This document shows, one piece after another, positions 9,600-19,780 of a stretch of DNA of 59,828 bases. Where the stretch lies: the IMG/VR virus record IMGVR_UViG_3300045931_000157, positions 1 to 59,828 of that record; one strand, 5' to 3'. Each line of letters begins with the position of its first letter. Positions within the stretch are counted from its first letter, which is position 1. The position numbers and the translations under genes were made by a program. Below the pieces are notes generated by a model. It was not told the DNA's origin. It did not search any database and saw nothing but the letters and a program-made list of their open reading frames with translations. Source of the DNA: a virus. Its lineage: Duplodnaviria > Caudoviricetes.

Positions 9600-10198
9600 A
9601 GACCTGCGTATGCGGCATCAATCTGCTCGATGGTGGTGACGTCACTCACCATCACGCTGTCATAGACGCTCTCGAAAACCTTGTAGCAATCGTTGGTGTG
9701 CTTACCGACCGCATCCGACATTGCGATCATCTTCGGCGCGTCAACATCATAAAAGTTGCCGTCCGATCCGTACCATTTCGTGTTGAAGGCAGGATCGGCC
9801 AGCGCCAATGCACGAGAGCCTTGGATCAAGCCGCGTGAGGACTCATCAGTCCTGACCGGGATGCCAGCGGCAACCATGCCGCCGTTCACCTCATAAGCTC
9901 GCTTCTCAACGTTGTAGTTCTGCAGCTGCGGCTTCTTGTATTGACCAGGACCAGGATAGGAAAACGTGGTGCCGTCCCACGTCCACCACGGCAGAACCTC
10001 CTTGAGCTGCGGCCAGATTTCCGCCTCGTCAGCGGCGTTGTACGGAGGCATGTTGGCATGCGCGTTGCGCCAGGCATCGAACTCGTCGTCATCAATCGGG
10101 ACGTAATAATTGTGCTTGGATGAATAGACTTCGGTGGTGCTGCCGCCGATGGCCCAGTACCAGTCGGCAACGTTGAAGGTGAAGGGCAGAAAGGACAT
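9596..10198 (-). CDS. DUF4376-like tail fibre-associated protein
   Basis: RAYEVNGG...VRTDESSRGLI...WYGSDGNF pattern. Confidence 0.65.
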   Translation of the reverse strand: MSFLPFTFNVADWYWAIGGSTTEVYSSKHNYYVPIDDDEFDAWRNAHANMPPYNAADEAEIWPQLKEVLPWWTWDGTTFSYPGPGQYKKPQLQNYNVEKRAYEVNGGMVAAGIPVRTDESSRGLIQGSRALALADPAFNTKWYGSDGNFYDVDAPKMIAMSDAVGKHTNDCYKVFESVYDSVMVSDVTTIEQIDAAYAGL

Positions 10199-10210
10199 GG
10201 TGCAGCCTCC

Positions 10211-11527
10211 TCAGATATACCAGCCGTTGCGGGTTGCCGTTCCGGCGACGGTGCCCGGAAAAAAGTTCACGGACTGGCCGCCGGTGTAAACGATGCCGTT
10301 GGCGTCGGCGCTGAATTTCTGGCCGGTCACAAATCCAGGATTGACGAAGCTGACCACTGGCAACGGAGGAGCTGCACCGACGACGCAGTTGCCGCCGCTG
10401 CCTGCTGCAGCAAACACGGCGCAAGTGAGCGGACCCAAAAACGTCCAGGTCACGCCTTCCAGGATGTACACCATGGAATTGAACAGCGCCGACAGGACCT
10501 GATCACACTGGCTGTTGGCGTTGAAGGTGTGCTGGCCTGGATAGACCTGGCCGGTCCACGCACCGAACACTGCACCATCAACGAAGGCTGTTGCACAGTC
10601 CTCGGTGTAGATCGTTGCATTGTTATACGCGAGGAAGGCACTCGGCGTGCCTCTGCCAGCAGTCCAAACGCCGGTCGATATGCAGCACTTTTTGACCGTG
10701 ACCTGGTTGGCAGCTCCCCACCAGATCGTGTTGGCGTTGTTCGCGCCAGTGATAAACGTGTTCGTCTTGTCCTGGCCTTCAATGATGACGCGCGGGCCGA
10801 GCACCTGCGGTGGTGCAACGTATTCAGGATAGCTGCCCGCCGCGACATGGATGGTCATGGTGTAAACAGACGGGCCGTATTTCCATGTCTCAGTGATCGC
10901 TCGCCCGATGGTCTTGAACGGACCATGCACGCCGGAAATCGTTGCGGTCGTGCCGTCATACAGGGTGTCGTTGCCGGTCGCGGCGTTGACGTACAGATGC
11001 ATGTTCTGCGTCATCACCGGCCACTGCACACCAGAGGCTGGCGCGTAGTTGGTGCCGTACAGCTCGAACTTGTTGAGTCGCTGGTTATAGGTCAGCAGTG
11101 CCTTGGAATCGGCAATCAGGTCGCCGGTTTCCAGTGCAGCTCCACCGCGCCTGACGATGGCGAGAGCGCCCATCGAATTGATGTTGACCTGAGCTGGGCC
11201 GCTGTTCGTATTCTTGATCAGCGCCCACACCGTCAGGCCGGAGTAGTAAGTGATCAGCGGCGGCGTCAGCGAAAGCGTCACCAGGTTGACCGTGCTGGAG
11301 GTGTCAACCGCATAGATCACGCCATGTGACTGATGCGCCCGCGACAGCTGATGCAGGTCCGCGTTGTCTGGTGTCAGCCCGCTGTCGGCAAAGTAATTCA
11401 CCAGCTCGCGTTGCGGATACTCGATGGACGCAGCTGGTGGAATTGAGCCAGCGCGGCCGAGTGACGGATCTCCATTGATGTAGGGCGCGTTCGGGTCACT
11501 GACCCCGTAAGGCTGATTGTATTTCAT
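10211..11527 (-). CDS. Baseplate-attached tail fibre/spike protein
   Basis: Follows the gp48-like gene; EYPQRELVN...GLTPDNADLHQL N-terminus; LYVNAATGND...PFKTI beta-helix entry motif. Confidence 0.78.
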   Translation of the reverse strand: MKYNQPYGVSDPNAPYINGDPSLGRAGSIPPAASIEYPQRELVNYFADSGLTPDNADLHQLSRAHQSHGVIYAVDTSSTVNLVTLSLTPPLITYYSGLTVWALIKNTNSGPAQVNINSMGALAIVRRGGAALETGDLIADSKALLTYNQRLNKFELYGTNYAPASGVQWPVMTQNMHLYVNAATGNDTLYDGTTATISGVHGPFKTIGRAITETWKYGPSVYTMTIHVAAGSYPEYVAPPQVLGPRVIIEGQDKTNTFITGANNANTIWWGAANQVTVKKCCISTGVWTAGRGTPSAFLAYNNATIYTEDCATAFVDGAVFGAWTGQVYPGQHTFNANSQCDQVLSALFNSMVYILEGVTWTFLGPLTCAVFAAAGSGGNCVVGAAPPLPVVSFVNPGFVTGQKFSADANGIVYTGGQSVNFFPGTVAGTATRNGWYI

Positions 11528-11539
11528 GATGCTTCCTCG

Positions 11540-12313
11540 TTACGGAGTGCCCGCCATCGGATCGTTCGGTGACAGGTTCGAGTAGTCGAACACGATCTGT
11601 GTGTGCCCTGGCTTCCAGCGGTTCAGGATGCAGTCGATGTCCTCGTAGTAGATGATGCGCAGGTGAGGATCGACGCCGCACTGACCTGAGCTGCAGCGGA
11701 ACCAGAGCAGGCCTGCTTCGGTGACGTTGACGGTCCAGTAGTAGCGATTCTCTGGAGGACCCAGCCCGTAGTTCGGCCACTCCGACAGCTCACCTTCTGC
11801 AATGCGCTCACCGTGCGGATTGCAGATCGGCAAATATCCGCGCACGAAGTTTTCGTGAAACATCGGATTGCTGCCGTCGCCATACACGCGACTGTCGCCG
11901 CAGCGATCCATGCCGACCATGAACGGGCGATATTCCCTGATCGTGATCGTGAAGCCGATCTGCTGCTTGAACCACTTGTAGAACTCTCGGCTTTGCGCGC
12001 CGAGCAGTGTCATCCGGTTGACCAGCTCGATGCGCCGCAGCTCCACCGTGGTCGGCGCGCTGTAGCAAGGATCAGGCAGGCCCCAGTTGCGCTCCCAATC
12101 CGTCAGCAGCTCAGCGGTCTTGCGCGGGTCGCTTTCGATTTCCAGCAGGTCAGCTGCGCGCTGATCAACGAAGCCCCAGTATTGCGCCAGCCCATTTATC
12201 GAACGCTCAAGCGTGGAGCCTGGGGCCTTCGGCCAGGCCTGCCCCTGGGGCAGGAGTGAGAGCAGGGCATCGCGGTAGTCGTCACCAGACCGCCGAATAT
12301 GGCGATCAGACAT
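11540..12313 (-). CDS. Baseplate protein, Mu gp48/YmfQ (DUF2313)-like
   Basis: LLPQGQAW, ELLTDWERNWGLPD and WKPGHT motifs. Confidence 0.88.
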   Translation of the reverse strand: MSDRHIRRSGDDYRDALLSLLPQGQAWPKAPGSTLERSINGLAQYWGFVDQRAADLLEIESDPRKTAELLTDWERNWGLPDPCYSAPTTVELRRIELVNRMTLLGAQSREFYKWFKQQIGFTITIREYRPFMVGMDRCGDSRVYGDGSNPMFHENFVRGYLPICNPHGERIAEGELSEWPNYGLGPPENRYYWTVNVTEAGLLWFRCSSGQCGVDPHLRIIYYEDIDCILNRWKPGHTQIVFDYSNLSPNDPMAGTP

Positions 12314-13394
12314 AGCTTATCGTCCCCAGCACAGCCATGTGGCCTGGTGAGGCCATGACGTAATCGGTCGTCGTCACCAGGCGGAATGAAATCACCGATG
12401 GTGCATTCATGATCGCGAAGGAAACCCAGGCTGCGTAGATCGTCTGCCCAGGCGCGGCGCGATCCTTCAGCATGGCGCGAATGCTGGCCTCGATTTCAAA
12501 CTTGGTTTCGTCCTCGTCGGGCACCAGTTCAGTGATGTCGATGTCGATGTGCTGGCGGATTGGCGCGACGACATAGCAATCCTTCACCGTCACAGGCCGC
12601 TTCTGGTCGATGTAGTCAGCAACTGCGTTGATGTCCTCCTGCGTTGGCCAGCCATCAGGCGGCCGCAAGGTTTCATCCATCAGGAAGCGCACTGTCGCAG
12701 TGCCGATGCCCATTTCGTTGCCGACCGCCCAGGCTTTGCTGACACCAGGCACTGCGAGCGCCCAGGCCTCGTAGTCGTACTGCGCGCCGCCCATTGGCGG
12801 CTGCCTGATCCTGCGCAGCACGCGGGCACGCAGGTCCTCATCGGTTTCCGTGTCGGTGCCACCGTACAGGTCCAGCGGGCCAACCGTGGCCTGGTGGTCC
12901 ACGCCATCAGGCGGCGAGCGCAGCGCCAGCCTGGTGCCCGCCACCAGGTTGCCATAGCTGCCAGGATCAAGCGCGCGGATCGGCACCACAGCTGGAGCAT
13001 CGCCCAGCGTGGCATCCTCCAGTGTTTCAAAACTCAGATCGACCACGGCATAGTCGAGCAGGCTGTTGGCTGGCACCACCAGGCCAGGCTGGCCAGTGAA
13101 AGACACCGAGCCTTGTGACAGCGTGGCCTCCTTGCGGCCGCGCGAACCATCGGCATTCACCAGCCAGATTTCGCCGTGACGGTCGAGCCATTCTGTCTCT
13201 GCCGTGTCAGGCAGGAGCTGCAGGGCGAGCCAGTCAACGTACTGCAGCGTGAGGTGGCACAACGCACCCTGGCTGTCGGACAGCACCCGCAGCACTGAGT
13301 TCGGCACGTTGGCATCTGCACCAGGCAGGCTGGCGCGCACGTTGTCGCGAACCAGCGTTCGCACCTCTCGCAATGTCGGTGTTTCCCAGGGCAT
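12306..13394 (-). CDS. Baseplate J / Mu gp47-like wedge protein
   Basis: LLPDTAETEWLDRHG and GGTDTETDEDLRAR...GGAQYDYEAWALAVPGV motifs. Confidence 0.92.
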   Translation of the reverse strand: MPWETPTLREVRTLVRDNVRASLPGADANVPNSVLRVLSDSQGALCHLTLQYVDWLALQLLPDTAETEWLDRHGEIWLVNADGSRGRKEATLSQGSVSFTGQPGLVVPANSLLDYAVVDLSFETLEDATLGDAPAVVPIRALDPGSYGNLVAGTRLALRSPPDGVDHQATVGPLDLYGGTDTETDEDLRARVLRRIRQPPMGGAQYDYEAWALAVPGVSKAWAVGNEMGIGTATVRFLMDETLRPPDGWPTQEDINAVADYIDQKRPVTVKDCYVVAPIRQHIDIDITELVPDEDETKFEIEASIRAMLKDRAAPGQTIYAAWVSFAIMNAPSVISFRLVTTTDYVMASPGHMAVLGTISYV

Positions 13395-13913
13395 CTAATC
13401 CACCATTGAATCCCACAGGACCTGGTAGCGCAGCTCAATCGCGGGCAACGGGCCACGATAGACACGCAGCAGTGCGTCAATGCGCTGGTCCGTTACGCGC
13501 GTGGTCCAGACGTCAAAATCAGAAGCGATGCGGCGGTCCACGAATGGCTGGATGCAGGCGCGAATGTAGTTCTCAACGCGCGCCAGCATGGAGCCTTCAT
13601 GAGCTGCAGCTGGCGTGATCTTGGAGCGGCGCAGCAGCCACAGCTTGGAGCCAATCGGCCAGCCGTTCCAAATCACATCGGCATCCATGTCACCCCACCA
13701 GCCAGCGCGGTCGGTGCTGTCAGGGTCAGGCAGGATGTCATCCTCGCTGGCCAGGGCATCAGTGCCGAGCGCCACGATCACCGCAGTGGCCAGGGCCTGG
13801 CGGTCATCCAGCGTGCCATCAGGCAGCAGTGACCAATCAACCGTGACTGAGTATTTCGGGAATGCGTTGTTTTGGACGAGCCGAATGTCGGGTACTTGCT
13901 CGCGGTCGGCCAT
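13395..13913 (-). CDS. Mu gp46-like baseplate protein
   Basis: LATAVIVALGTD...GWWGD...IGSKLWLLRRSK. Confidence 0.9.
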   Translation of the reverse strand: MADREQVPDIRLVQNNAFPKYSVTVDWSLLPDGTLDDRQALATAVIVALGTDALASEDDILPDPDSTDRAGWWGDMDADVIWNGWPIGSKLWLLRRSKITPAAAHEGSMLARVENYIRACIQPFVDRRIASDFDVWTTRVTDQRIDALLRVYRGPLPAIELRYQVLWDSMVD

Positions 13914-13916
13914 GGC

Positions 13917-14678
13917 TCAGCCGATCTTCGCCAGGACAAATTCTGAAGGGCCGTCCTCTGTCATCACCTTGGAGAACTTCGCCTCGCCACGCTTCGCGCC
14001 GAGGTACACCTTCTGGTCATCAGCGGCATGGACGAGAATTTTTTTGCCCTGCCCACGCAGGTAAGTGTTTTTGTTGGCCAGGTCACTCTCGCCGCCTGAC
14101 ACCTCCAGGTATTGCTCACTGCTCTGGCCGTCCTTGTAGATCGGCTTCTGGCCGCGCTTGTCCTGTCGTTGCTGTTGCGGCTGGCCGCCTGCCTCCAGCG
14201 GCTCGATGGTGACGAAGTGAACGCTTTTATTGTCCTCGCTCTGACCTGACACCAGCTGCAGGCGCAGCTTCTTGTTCGACGGAGCAGACCAAAAGCCGCC
14301 GTCCTGTGTCAGGTGAAGCTGCTGCTTGTCACCGCGACCGCGATACATCGCGCTGTCGCCCTTCTCCATGCCGTACAGGCGGTGGCGCCGGTCATCCATT
14401 GCACCTGCCACAGGGAAGCTGCGATTGCCGCCCATGAAGCCGATGAAGGTTTCGGCGCTGGCTTGTATCTTGCCGTCCTTGTCCTTCTCGGCATCGAACA
14501 CCACCGAAGTGAATCCGTAGTTCTGCGGTGCTTCGATTTCCTGGCGGCTTTCATTTTTCATGAAGTTGCCAGACATTTCCTGCATCAGCTGCTGGTCATC
14601 AACCTTGTCGACCACCGAGCGTGATCCACCTGCCGAGAAGGCGCGGTGTGAGGAATGCAAGGGCGTGGCTCGGTGCAT
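13917..14678 (-). CDS. Baseplate spike, Mu gp45-like
   Basis: QNYGFTSV...GGNRS...DDRRHR...GDSAMY. Confidence 0.85.
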   Translation of the reverse strand: MHRATPLHSSHRAFSAGGSRSVVDKVDDQQLMQEMSGNFMKNESRQEIEAPQNYGFTSVVFDAEKDKDGKIQASAETFIGFMGGNRSFPVAGAMDDRRHRLYGMEKGDSAMYRGRGDKQQLHLTQDGGFWSAPSNKKLRLQLVSGQSEDNKSVHFVTIEPLEAGGQPQQQRQDKRGQKPIYKDGQSSEQYLEVSGGESDLANKNTYLRGQGKKILVHAADDQKVYLGAKRGEAKFSKVMTEDGPSEFVLAKIG

Positions 14679-14681
14679 GGA

Positions 14682-15797
14682 TCAGGCCTCCGTGGTTTGT
14701 GGTGGTTGAGCTGCAACGTCGTCGGTCTTGCTCAAATCCCAGTTGTTCTGGTCGCGCAGCGTGCCTGGCCAGACCAGCTCCAGCCTGGTCTGCGTGCCGC
14801 TTGCATTGTCCTGCGTGAATTGCACGTCCTTGATCTTCATGACCTGGTTGAGCATGGCCATCGGTGAATAGACGTGCACGTTGTCGAGTGGCTTCCACAA
14901 CGATTTGCCATCACGCAGCCAGCCCTGCACCGTGATGTTCGCCTTGATGATCGTGCCCTTGTGCCAGATCGACTCGTAATCGGCGCGCTTGTCCGCCTGC
15001 GGCTGGTTCATTGGATGCTCACCAGGCGTGATCAGCACGCTGCGCGGATTGGTCTGCGTGCCAGCTGCCTTGCCGCGCACCTCGCTGGCTGCCGTGCCGT
15101 TGGTTTTATTGTTCGCGGGCGTCTGGCTGTCCACGTTGAACTCGGTGTAGGCGTGCTGCTTTGAAATGATGCACTGGCAGGCCTTGATGTTCTGACCCTC
15201 CACCAGGTCACTCAGCACCGGGAACGTATGCTCGCCAATCAGCAGGAAATTGCCCTGAGCATCTGAGCCAAGCACGATGCCCTTGGTGCGGCAGATGCGC
15301 TCCAGGAAATCCCAAATCAGTTCGCCTGGCTGGTTCTGCAGCTTCGGGAATGGCTCGTTGTCCAGCACGCCGATGGTTTTGATCTTGACGCCGAACGGCG
15401 TGATCAGCTGCTCGGCAATCTGCTTCACGTTTTTGTTGTCGAAGTTGCCAGTCTTGGTGTCCACGCTGGAGCGCGCGGGCCAGGCCGTCAGACTTTTGCC
15501 GATGAGTTGCACGCCATGCTGGTTGGCGTCGTAGGCCACCTGGCGGGTTTCGATGTAGCCGTTGATGACCGGAATGCCAGCCAGCGTGATTTGGCAGGGA
15601 TCGTCGGGCTTGAACTGCAGGCGCTGCCACAGTGGCACCTTGCCAGCAGCCGTGGTGATCGCGGTGTCGCGCTCAGCAGCAGTGAAATTGAAATAGGCAA
15701 ACGAATCGCCAGGGCGCTCATGCACGAACACCGATTCCCAATCGTCAAACTTTTGGCCCGCCACAATCAGCACGGCGATTTCTTGTGGCTTCGGCAT
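14682..15797 (-). CDS. Baseplate hub, Mu gpP/gp44-like
   Basis: FDDW...VINGYIE...QPGELIWDFLER...VQGW...LWKP. Confidence 0.88.
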   Translation of the reverse strand: MPKPQEIAVLIVAGQKFDDWESVFVHERPGDSFAYFNFTAAERDTAITTAAGKVPLWQRLQFKPDDPCQITLAGIPVINGYIETRQVAYDANQHGVQLIGKSLTAWPARSSVDTKTGNFDNKNVKQIAEQLITPFGVKIKTIGVLDNEPFPKLQNQPGELIWDFLERICRTKGIVLGSDAQGNFLLIGEHTFPVLSDLVEGQNIKACQCIISKQHAYTEFNVDSQTPANNKTNGTAASEVRGKAAGTQTNPRSVLITPGEHPMNQPQADKRADYESIWHKGTIIKANITVQGWLRDGKSLWKPLDNVHVYSPMAMLNQVMKIKDVQFTQDNASGTQTRLELVWPGTLRDQNNWDLSKTDDVAAQPPQTTEA

Positions 15798-15800
15798 TGC

Positions 15801-16472
15801 TCAAGCTGACAGCGCCAGGCCTGTGTTCGGACAGAATGCGGGGTGCACGATCTTGTTTTCGTTGCGCAGCTCATCGGCGCGCGTGGCATCCCCGCCGTAG
15901 AGGCGATACGACACCACCAGGCTGGGCAGCGGCTCCCAAAATTCGTAGCCCAGGATTTGCGGCAGCGGCCTGGCAGTCTCAGCCAGGTGTGCAGTGGTCG
16001 CGCCGTACAAGCCGATCAAGGCCTGGAATGTCATCTGGTCCATGCCATCGGCCGCCGTTTCGATGGCAACCTCGAATGGCATCTGCATCGCAGCACGAAC
16101 ACCCTCAACATCACTGCGGCTGACGAAATCCAGGGTCGCAATGATCAGGCATTCGTTGGCCAGGCACAGCCGGATGAAGCAGTCGCACACCAGGATGGCA
16201 CCGAGCGTGCGCGGCTCCTCCAGGTCAGCTTGCCTGCGCACTGCTTCCAGCTGGGCCAGCTTGCAGCCTGCCTCCCTGGACAGCGTGAAGCAGGCATCGA
16301 GTTCTGGCCCCATGGTGTCGGTGGCCAGCAGCACGATGGCATTCGCTCGCGTCTGGCTGATCTTGGCGCGGGCATATGATCCGGCGCGGCCACTGGCGGG
16401 CACAGTTTTCGCCAGCTCATCCAGCAGGCGATTGACCAGCTTGGCTGCCTCCAGGCGATCCTCGCGCTTCAT
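15801..16472 (-). CDS. Protein resembling the C-terminal half of Mu gpN (DNA circularisation protein)
   Basis: PSLVVSYRLYGGDATRADELRNENKIVHPAF tail. Confidence 0.7.
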   Translation of the reverse strand: MKREDRLEAAKLVNRLLDELAKTVPASGRAGSYARAKISQTRANAIVLLATDTMGPELDACFTLSREAGCKLAQLEAVRRQADLEEPRTLGAILVCDCFIRLCLANECLIIATLDFVSRSDVEGVRAAMQMPFEVAIETAADGMDQMTFQALIGLYGATTAHLAETARPLPQILGYEFWEPLPSLVVSYRLYGGDATRADELRNENKIVHPAFCPNTGLALSA

Positions 16473-17032
16473 ACCGACACCCCCTGCTGCGGTGTCTCAG
16501 GCAGTTGCGTCGGATTTTTCATGGCGCGCAGCACCTGGTCACGCACCTGCTTGGCTGCCCCTTCCAACAGCGTGGTCGTGTCCAGTGTCATTGGTGCCCA
16601 GCGTTGCGGGTCAAGCCCTGCCTCCTGGAATGACATATCGAACACGCAGTAGCCGCCAAAGCGTTGCTCCTCAGTCAGGCGGTAACGCACGCACACCACC
16701 ATTTCTGGCGCTTGCGTTGGCAGCTGCAGCAGGGCTGGCCCTTCAGCATCAAGCGCGCGGCGCAAGCGATCGCGGGGCTGGCGGTAATCGCGCTGGAATA
16801 GATTGTCGCCAGTGTCGTGAGGAAACACGATGCAGTACCCACGCAGATCGAATGTCTTGGAGCGCCGCCCCATGTCCTCGGCATACGGATATTCTTTTTT
16901 CGGAAATTCGTGCTGCACAATCCTGCGGCCGCAATCGCGCGAATTGCTTTCGCAGTGAAAACGTGCACCGCGGAATGAAGCAGGCACCAGGCGCTGACGC
17001 CAGATTGCAGGAATGTCGAAAATGTCTGCCAT
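16469..17032 (-). CDS. DNA circularisation N-terminal domain protein (Mu gpN-like)
   Basis: WRQRLVPASFRGARF...GRRIVQHEFP...EDMGR; likely start MADIF at 17032. Confidence 0.88.
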   Translation of the reverse strand: MADIFDIPAIWRQRLVPASFRGARFHCESNSRDCGRRIVQHEFPKKEYPYAEDMGRRSKTFDLRGYCIVFPHDTGDNLFQRDYRQPRDRLRRALDAEGPALLQLPTQAPEMVVCVRYRLTEEQRFGGYCVFDMSFQEAGLDPQRWAPMTLDTTTLLEGAAKQVRDQVLRAMKNPTQLPETPQQGVSV

Positions 17033-17033
17033 T

Positions 17034-19589
17034 TTAAATCCCGCCGTCAGCAGGCTCCATCGTGGTCTGCCGGTTGATTTCGGTTTTCGCGAATAGGCCG
17101 TCACCAGCAGCATCGACCTGAGCACCAGCTGGTGCCTTCACATCGACCGACAGCTTGCCGTTGCCGGTGACGGTGATGTTTCGATTGTCCGCCGCCGCCA
17201 TCCGCTCGCGGGCATCTGCCAGGCCTGCAAAGCCTGCCTCGTCAAATGATGCCGCACCTGACGTGGCAGCGATCAACTGCTGGCGGGCTGCCGCCTTCTG
17301 CTCCGGGGTCATCCGGGTTGCCAGGCCCTTTCGCAGAGCATCACCAATCCAACCAGAGCCGCCCCAGTGCGCAGTTTTGCCGCCGCCGATATGGATGCGG
17401 CTCGGCCCCATGTAGCCGTGACCATGACCGACGCCGGTTGCGCCAGCGCGCACCGCTTCGGTGACATAGGCCGCCATGCGCTCGCGATCTTCGGGGTTGC
17501 GAGCATCCAGCTTGCGGTTGCCATCGTACAGGTCGATGTCGCCAGCTCCGCCTTGGTCGTGGCGGTGAGAGCCAGTGGCACCTGGTGCGCCATGCATGCG
17601 CTGGCCGCCTGATGCGACCACAGCCCGCAAGCCAGTGGCCTGGCCTGCGATGTTCAGCTGCTCCACCAGTTCAGGTGACAGTGCTCCCTTGCGAATGGCA
17701 GCCAGCTTGTCCTGGGCTTGCGTGACGTAGCCAGCATCTGGAGCTGGTGCACCACCAGGGCCAGCAACGCCCTTTGCTGCCAGGCTGGGATCACCGCCTT
17801 GCACGAACAGCTTGTGAGCTGCTGCCCATTGATCGTCAGTCAGCGGCGACGGTCGGCCAGCCTCCCTGGCTGCCATGGCCTTCATCAATGGAATGGCGAA
17901 TGCCGGGTCCTTCATCATTTCCGGCGTGACGATCATTTTCGGATCGTAGCCAGGAACGCCGAAGCCGTGCTGCCCAGTCCATTTCGCACCAGCAGCTCCG
18001 AGCGGCATGCCGGTGTACTTTTGCGCGAACAGATCAAGGTTCGCTGCAGCACCATGCGTCGGATCAAGAAAGCGCGCGATCTTGTGGCCGCCGCCGATGA
18101 TGCCGTAGCCCTGCTGGCCGAACAGTTCAGCAGCTCGCGCGCTTGGATACTGCGCACCAGGATTATTGTAGCGGATCGAGGCTGGGTCGCTGCCGCTTAC
18201 GTTGTTGGGGCCTTGGTTGCCTGCAGCTCCTCCACCTGCTGGCGTCTGACCAGCTCCAGGTCCGGTGCCAGGTCCGACCGTGCTGCCGTAGGGAGTGCTA
18301 CCGCCGTCTGAATAGCCGCCACCTGGGTAGCCGCCGCCGCCGCTGGGGCCAAGTGATGCCCTGATGAGTTGGGCACCGCCGAAGCCATCACCACCGAACG
18401 ACATCGGCTGGAAGCCTCCGGTGTTCGGATATTGCTTCTTCGCTGCCTCTGCATCGCGCAGCAACTCATTCAAAGCCTTCAGCTCGTCAGTGTTTTTCTT
18501 TTGCTCGTCGGTGTTCTCCTTCTCGATGCGCTGCTGCTCCTCGCGCTCCAGCTCCATCATCCGGCGCTCGCGATCTACGTTGCGCTGGTTCCATGGATTG
18601 AGTTTTTGAAAGAAGCCTTCGGGCGCAGGCAGTTCCTTGTTTACCTTGTCCTCGTTGACACGAGCCTTCTGCAGCTTCTCCAGCACCTGGCCGAGCAATG
18701 CATCGGCTGCCTTCAGGCCTGACATGAACAGGCTGTTCGGCCCGATAAACGGGTCGTTCATGATGTCGAGAATGCGATCCCACTTGTTGCCGAGTTCACC
18801 GACCTGCTCAGCATATTTTTTTGCGTTAGCGTCCCGCTCGTCGGCCCACCTCTGCTCCTCCTTTGACAGGTTTTTGATTTGGCCAGCCTGTGCAACTCGC
18901 GCGTCGTAGCCGATCTTCGCCCACAATGCATTGCGGCGGTTGGCCGCCTCGATTTCGCTGCCAGTCTCACGCAGCGCATTCTGGTACAGCCGCTCGCCAG
19001 CAAGCCTTGCGACTTCATTCCGGTCGGCAATCGTCTTGGCGTTTTTCAGGTCCTCGATAAACTTTTCCATCGCAGGCGCAGACTTGCCTGCCATCTCGAG
19101 CAGCTCCTGGCGCAGCGGTGAACCTGCACGCTGCAGGTCGGCAACCGCCCCCGCCAGACCATTGATGCTGCTCGCTGCCGTCGCAGCATCAATCCCGAAC
19201 TTTTCCATCTGCCGCACAGCATCGCGAAACTGCCCAGGGTTGACGCCGATGTTGCGTGCTGCGATGCCGATGTTGCGAAGGTCCTCGGCATATTTCTGGA
19301 TGACAGAGAACTGCCGCTGCATTTCGTAGCCGACCAGGCCGATGGCAGCTCCAGCTGCACCGAGGCCAGTCTTGAACGAAAACAGCCGTTGCGTGGCGTT
19401 GCCAAGTTCACCACCGAGCTGCTTGCTCAGGCGCGACAGCTCACTGGTTTCGCGCTTGATCTTTTCCGTCGCCTGGCCGCCCTGGCCCTGGGACAGCCCC
19501 TGCAGCTCCTGGCGCAGCTTCGCCAGGCCCTGCGAGGCGTTGTCAACCAGGTTGACGGTTAACAGCAGTTCTTCGCGTTCAGTGGGCAT
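17034..19589 (-). CDS. Tape measure protein with putative muralytic domains
   Basis: Position after the chaperone genes; helical N-terminal half; IRYNNPG and HRHDQGGAGDID...HIG motifs. Confidence 0.8.
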   Translation of the reverse strand: MPTEREELLLTVNLVDNASQGLAKLRQELQGLSQGQGGQATEKIKRETSELSRLSKQLGGELGNATQRLFSFKTGLGAAGAAIGLVGYEMQRQFSVIQKYAEDLRNIGIAARNIGVNPGQFRDAVRQMEKFGIDAATAASSINGLAGAVADLQRAGSPLRQELLEMAGKSAPAMEKFIEDLKNAKTIADRNEVARLAGERLYQNALRETGSEIEAANRRNALWAKIGYDARVAQAGQIKNLSKEEQRWADERDANAKKYAEQVGELGNKWDRILDIMNDPFIGPNSLFMSGLKAADALLGQVLEKLQKARVNEDKVNKELPAPEGFFQKLNPWNQRNVDRERRMMELEREEQQRIEKENTDEQKKNTDELKALNELLRDAEAAKKQYPNTGGFQPMSFGGDGFGGAQLIRASLGPSGGGGYPGGGYSDGGSTPYGSTVGPGTGPGAGQTPAGGGAAGNQGPNNVSGSDPASIRYNNPGAQYPSARAAELFGQQGYGIIGGGHKIARFLDPTHGAAANLDLFAQKYTGMPLGAAGAKWTGQHGFGVPGYDPKMIVTPEMMKDPAFAIPLMKAMAAREAGRPSPLTDDQWAAAHKLFVQGGDPSLAAKGVAGPGGAPAPDAGYVTQAQDKLAAIRKGALSPELVEQLNIAGQATGLRAVVASGGQRMHGAPGATGSHRHDQGGAGDIDLYDGNRKLDARNPEDRERMAAYVTEAVRAGATGVGHGHGYMGPSRIHIGGGKTAHWGGSGWIGDALRKGLATRMTPEQKAAARQQLIAATSGAASFDEAGFAGLADARERMAAADNRNITVTGNGKLSVDVKAPAGAQVDAAGDGLFAKTEINRQTTMEPADGGI

Positions 19590-19591
19590 GC

Positions 19592-19780
19592 CTACTCATC
19601 ACTGACGGGTTGATTGGCCCGATCTACTTGGCCGGTGCGCACCATGTGCAGCGTCACCTCGCTCAACGGCATGGCGAGGAAGATTTCAGGGCTGACGTGG
19701 TAGTGACGCGCCAGGCGGTAGCAATCGAGAATGATGTCGTTCTCGCTGCCTACCAGGCCGTCAGATCGGGCAAGAAAAAA
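19592..19780 (-). CDS. -1 frameshift extension of the tail assembly chaperone (gpGT/gpE'-like)
   Basis: Slippery T TTT TTC at 19780-19774; the -1 frame stays open to TAG at 19592 (...CYRLARHYHVSPEIFLAMPLSEV...). Confidence 0.75.
   Translation of the reverse strand, partial: FFLARSDGLVGSENDIILDCYRLARHYHVSPEIFLAMPLSEVTLHMVRTGQVDRANQPVSDE

Noticed and set aside
6904-11527. Diversity-generating retroelement or invertible fibre cassette
   Set aside because: No reverse transcriptase or invertase, and no near-identical template/variable repeat pair seen
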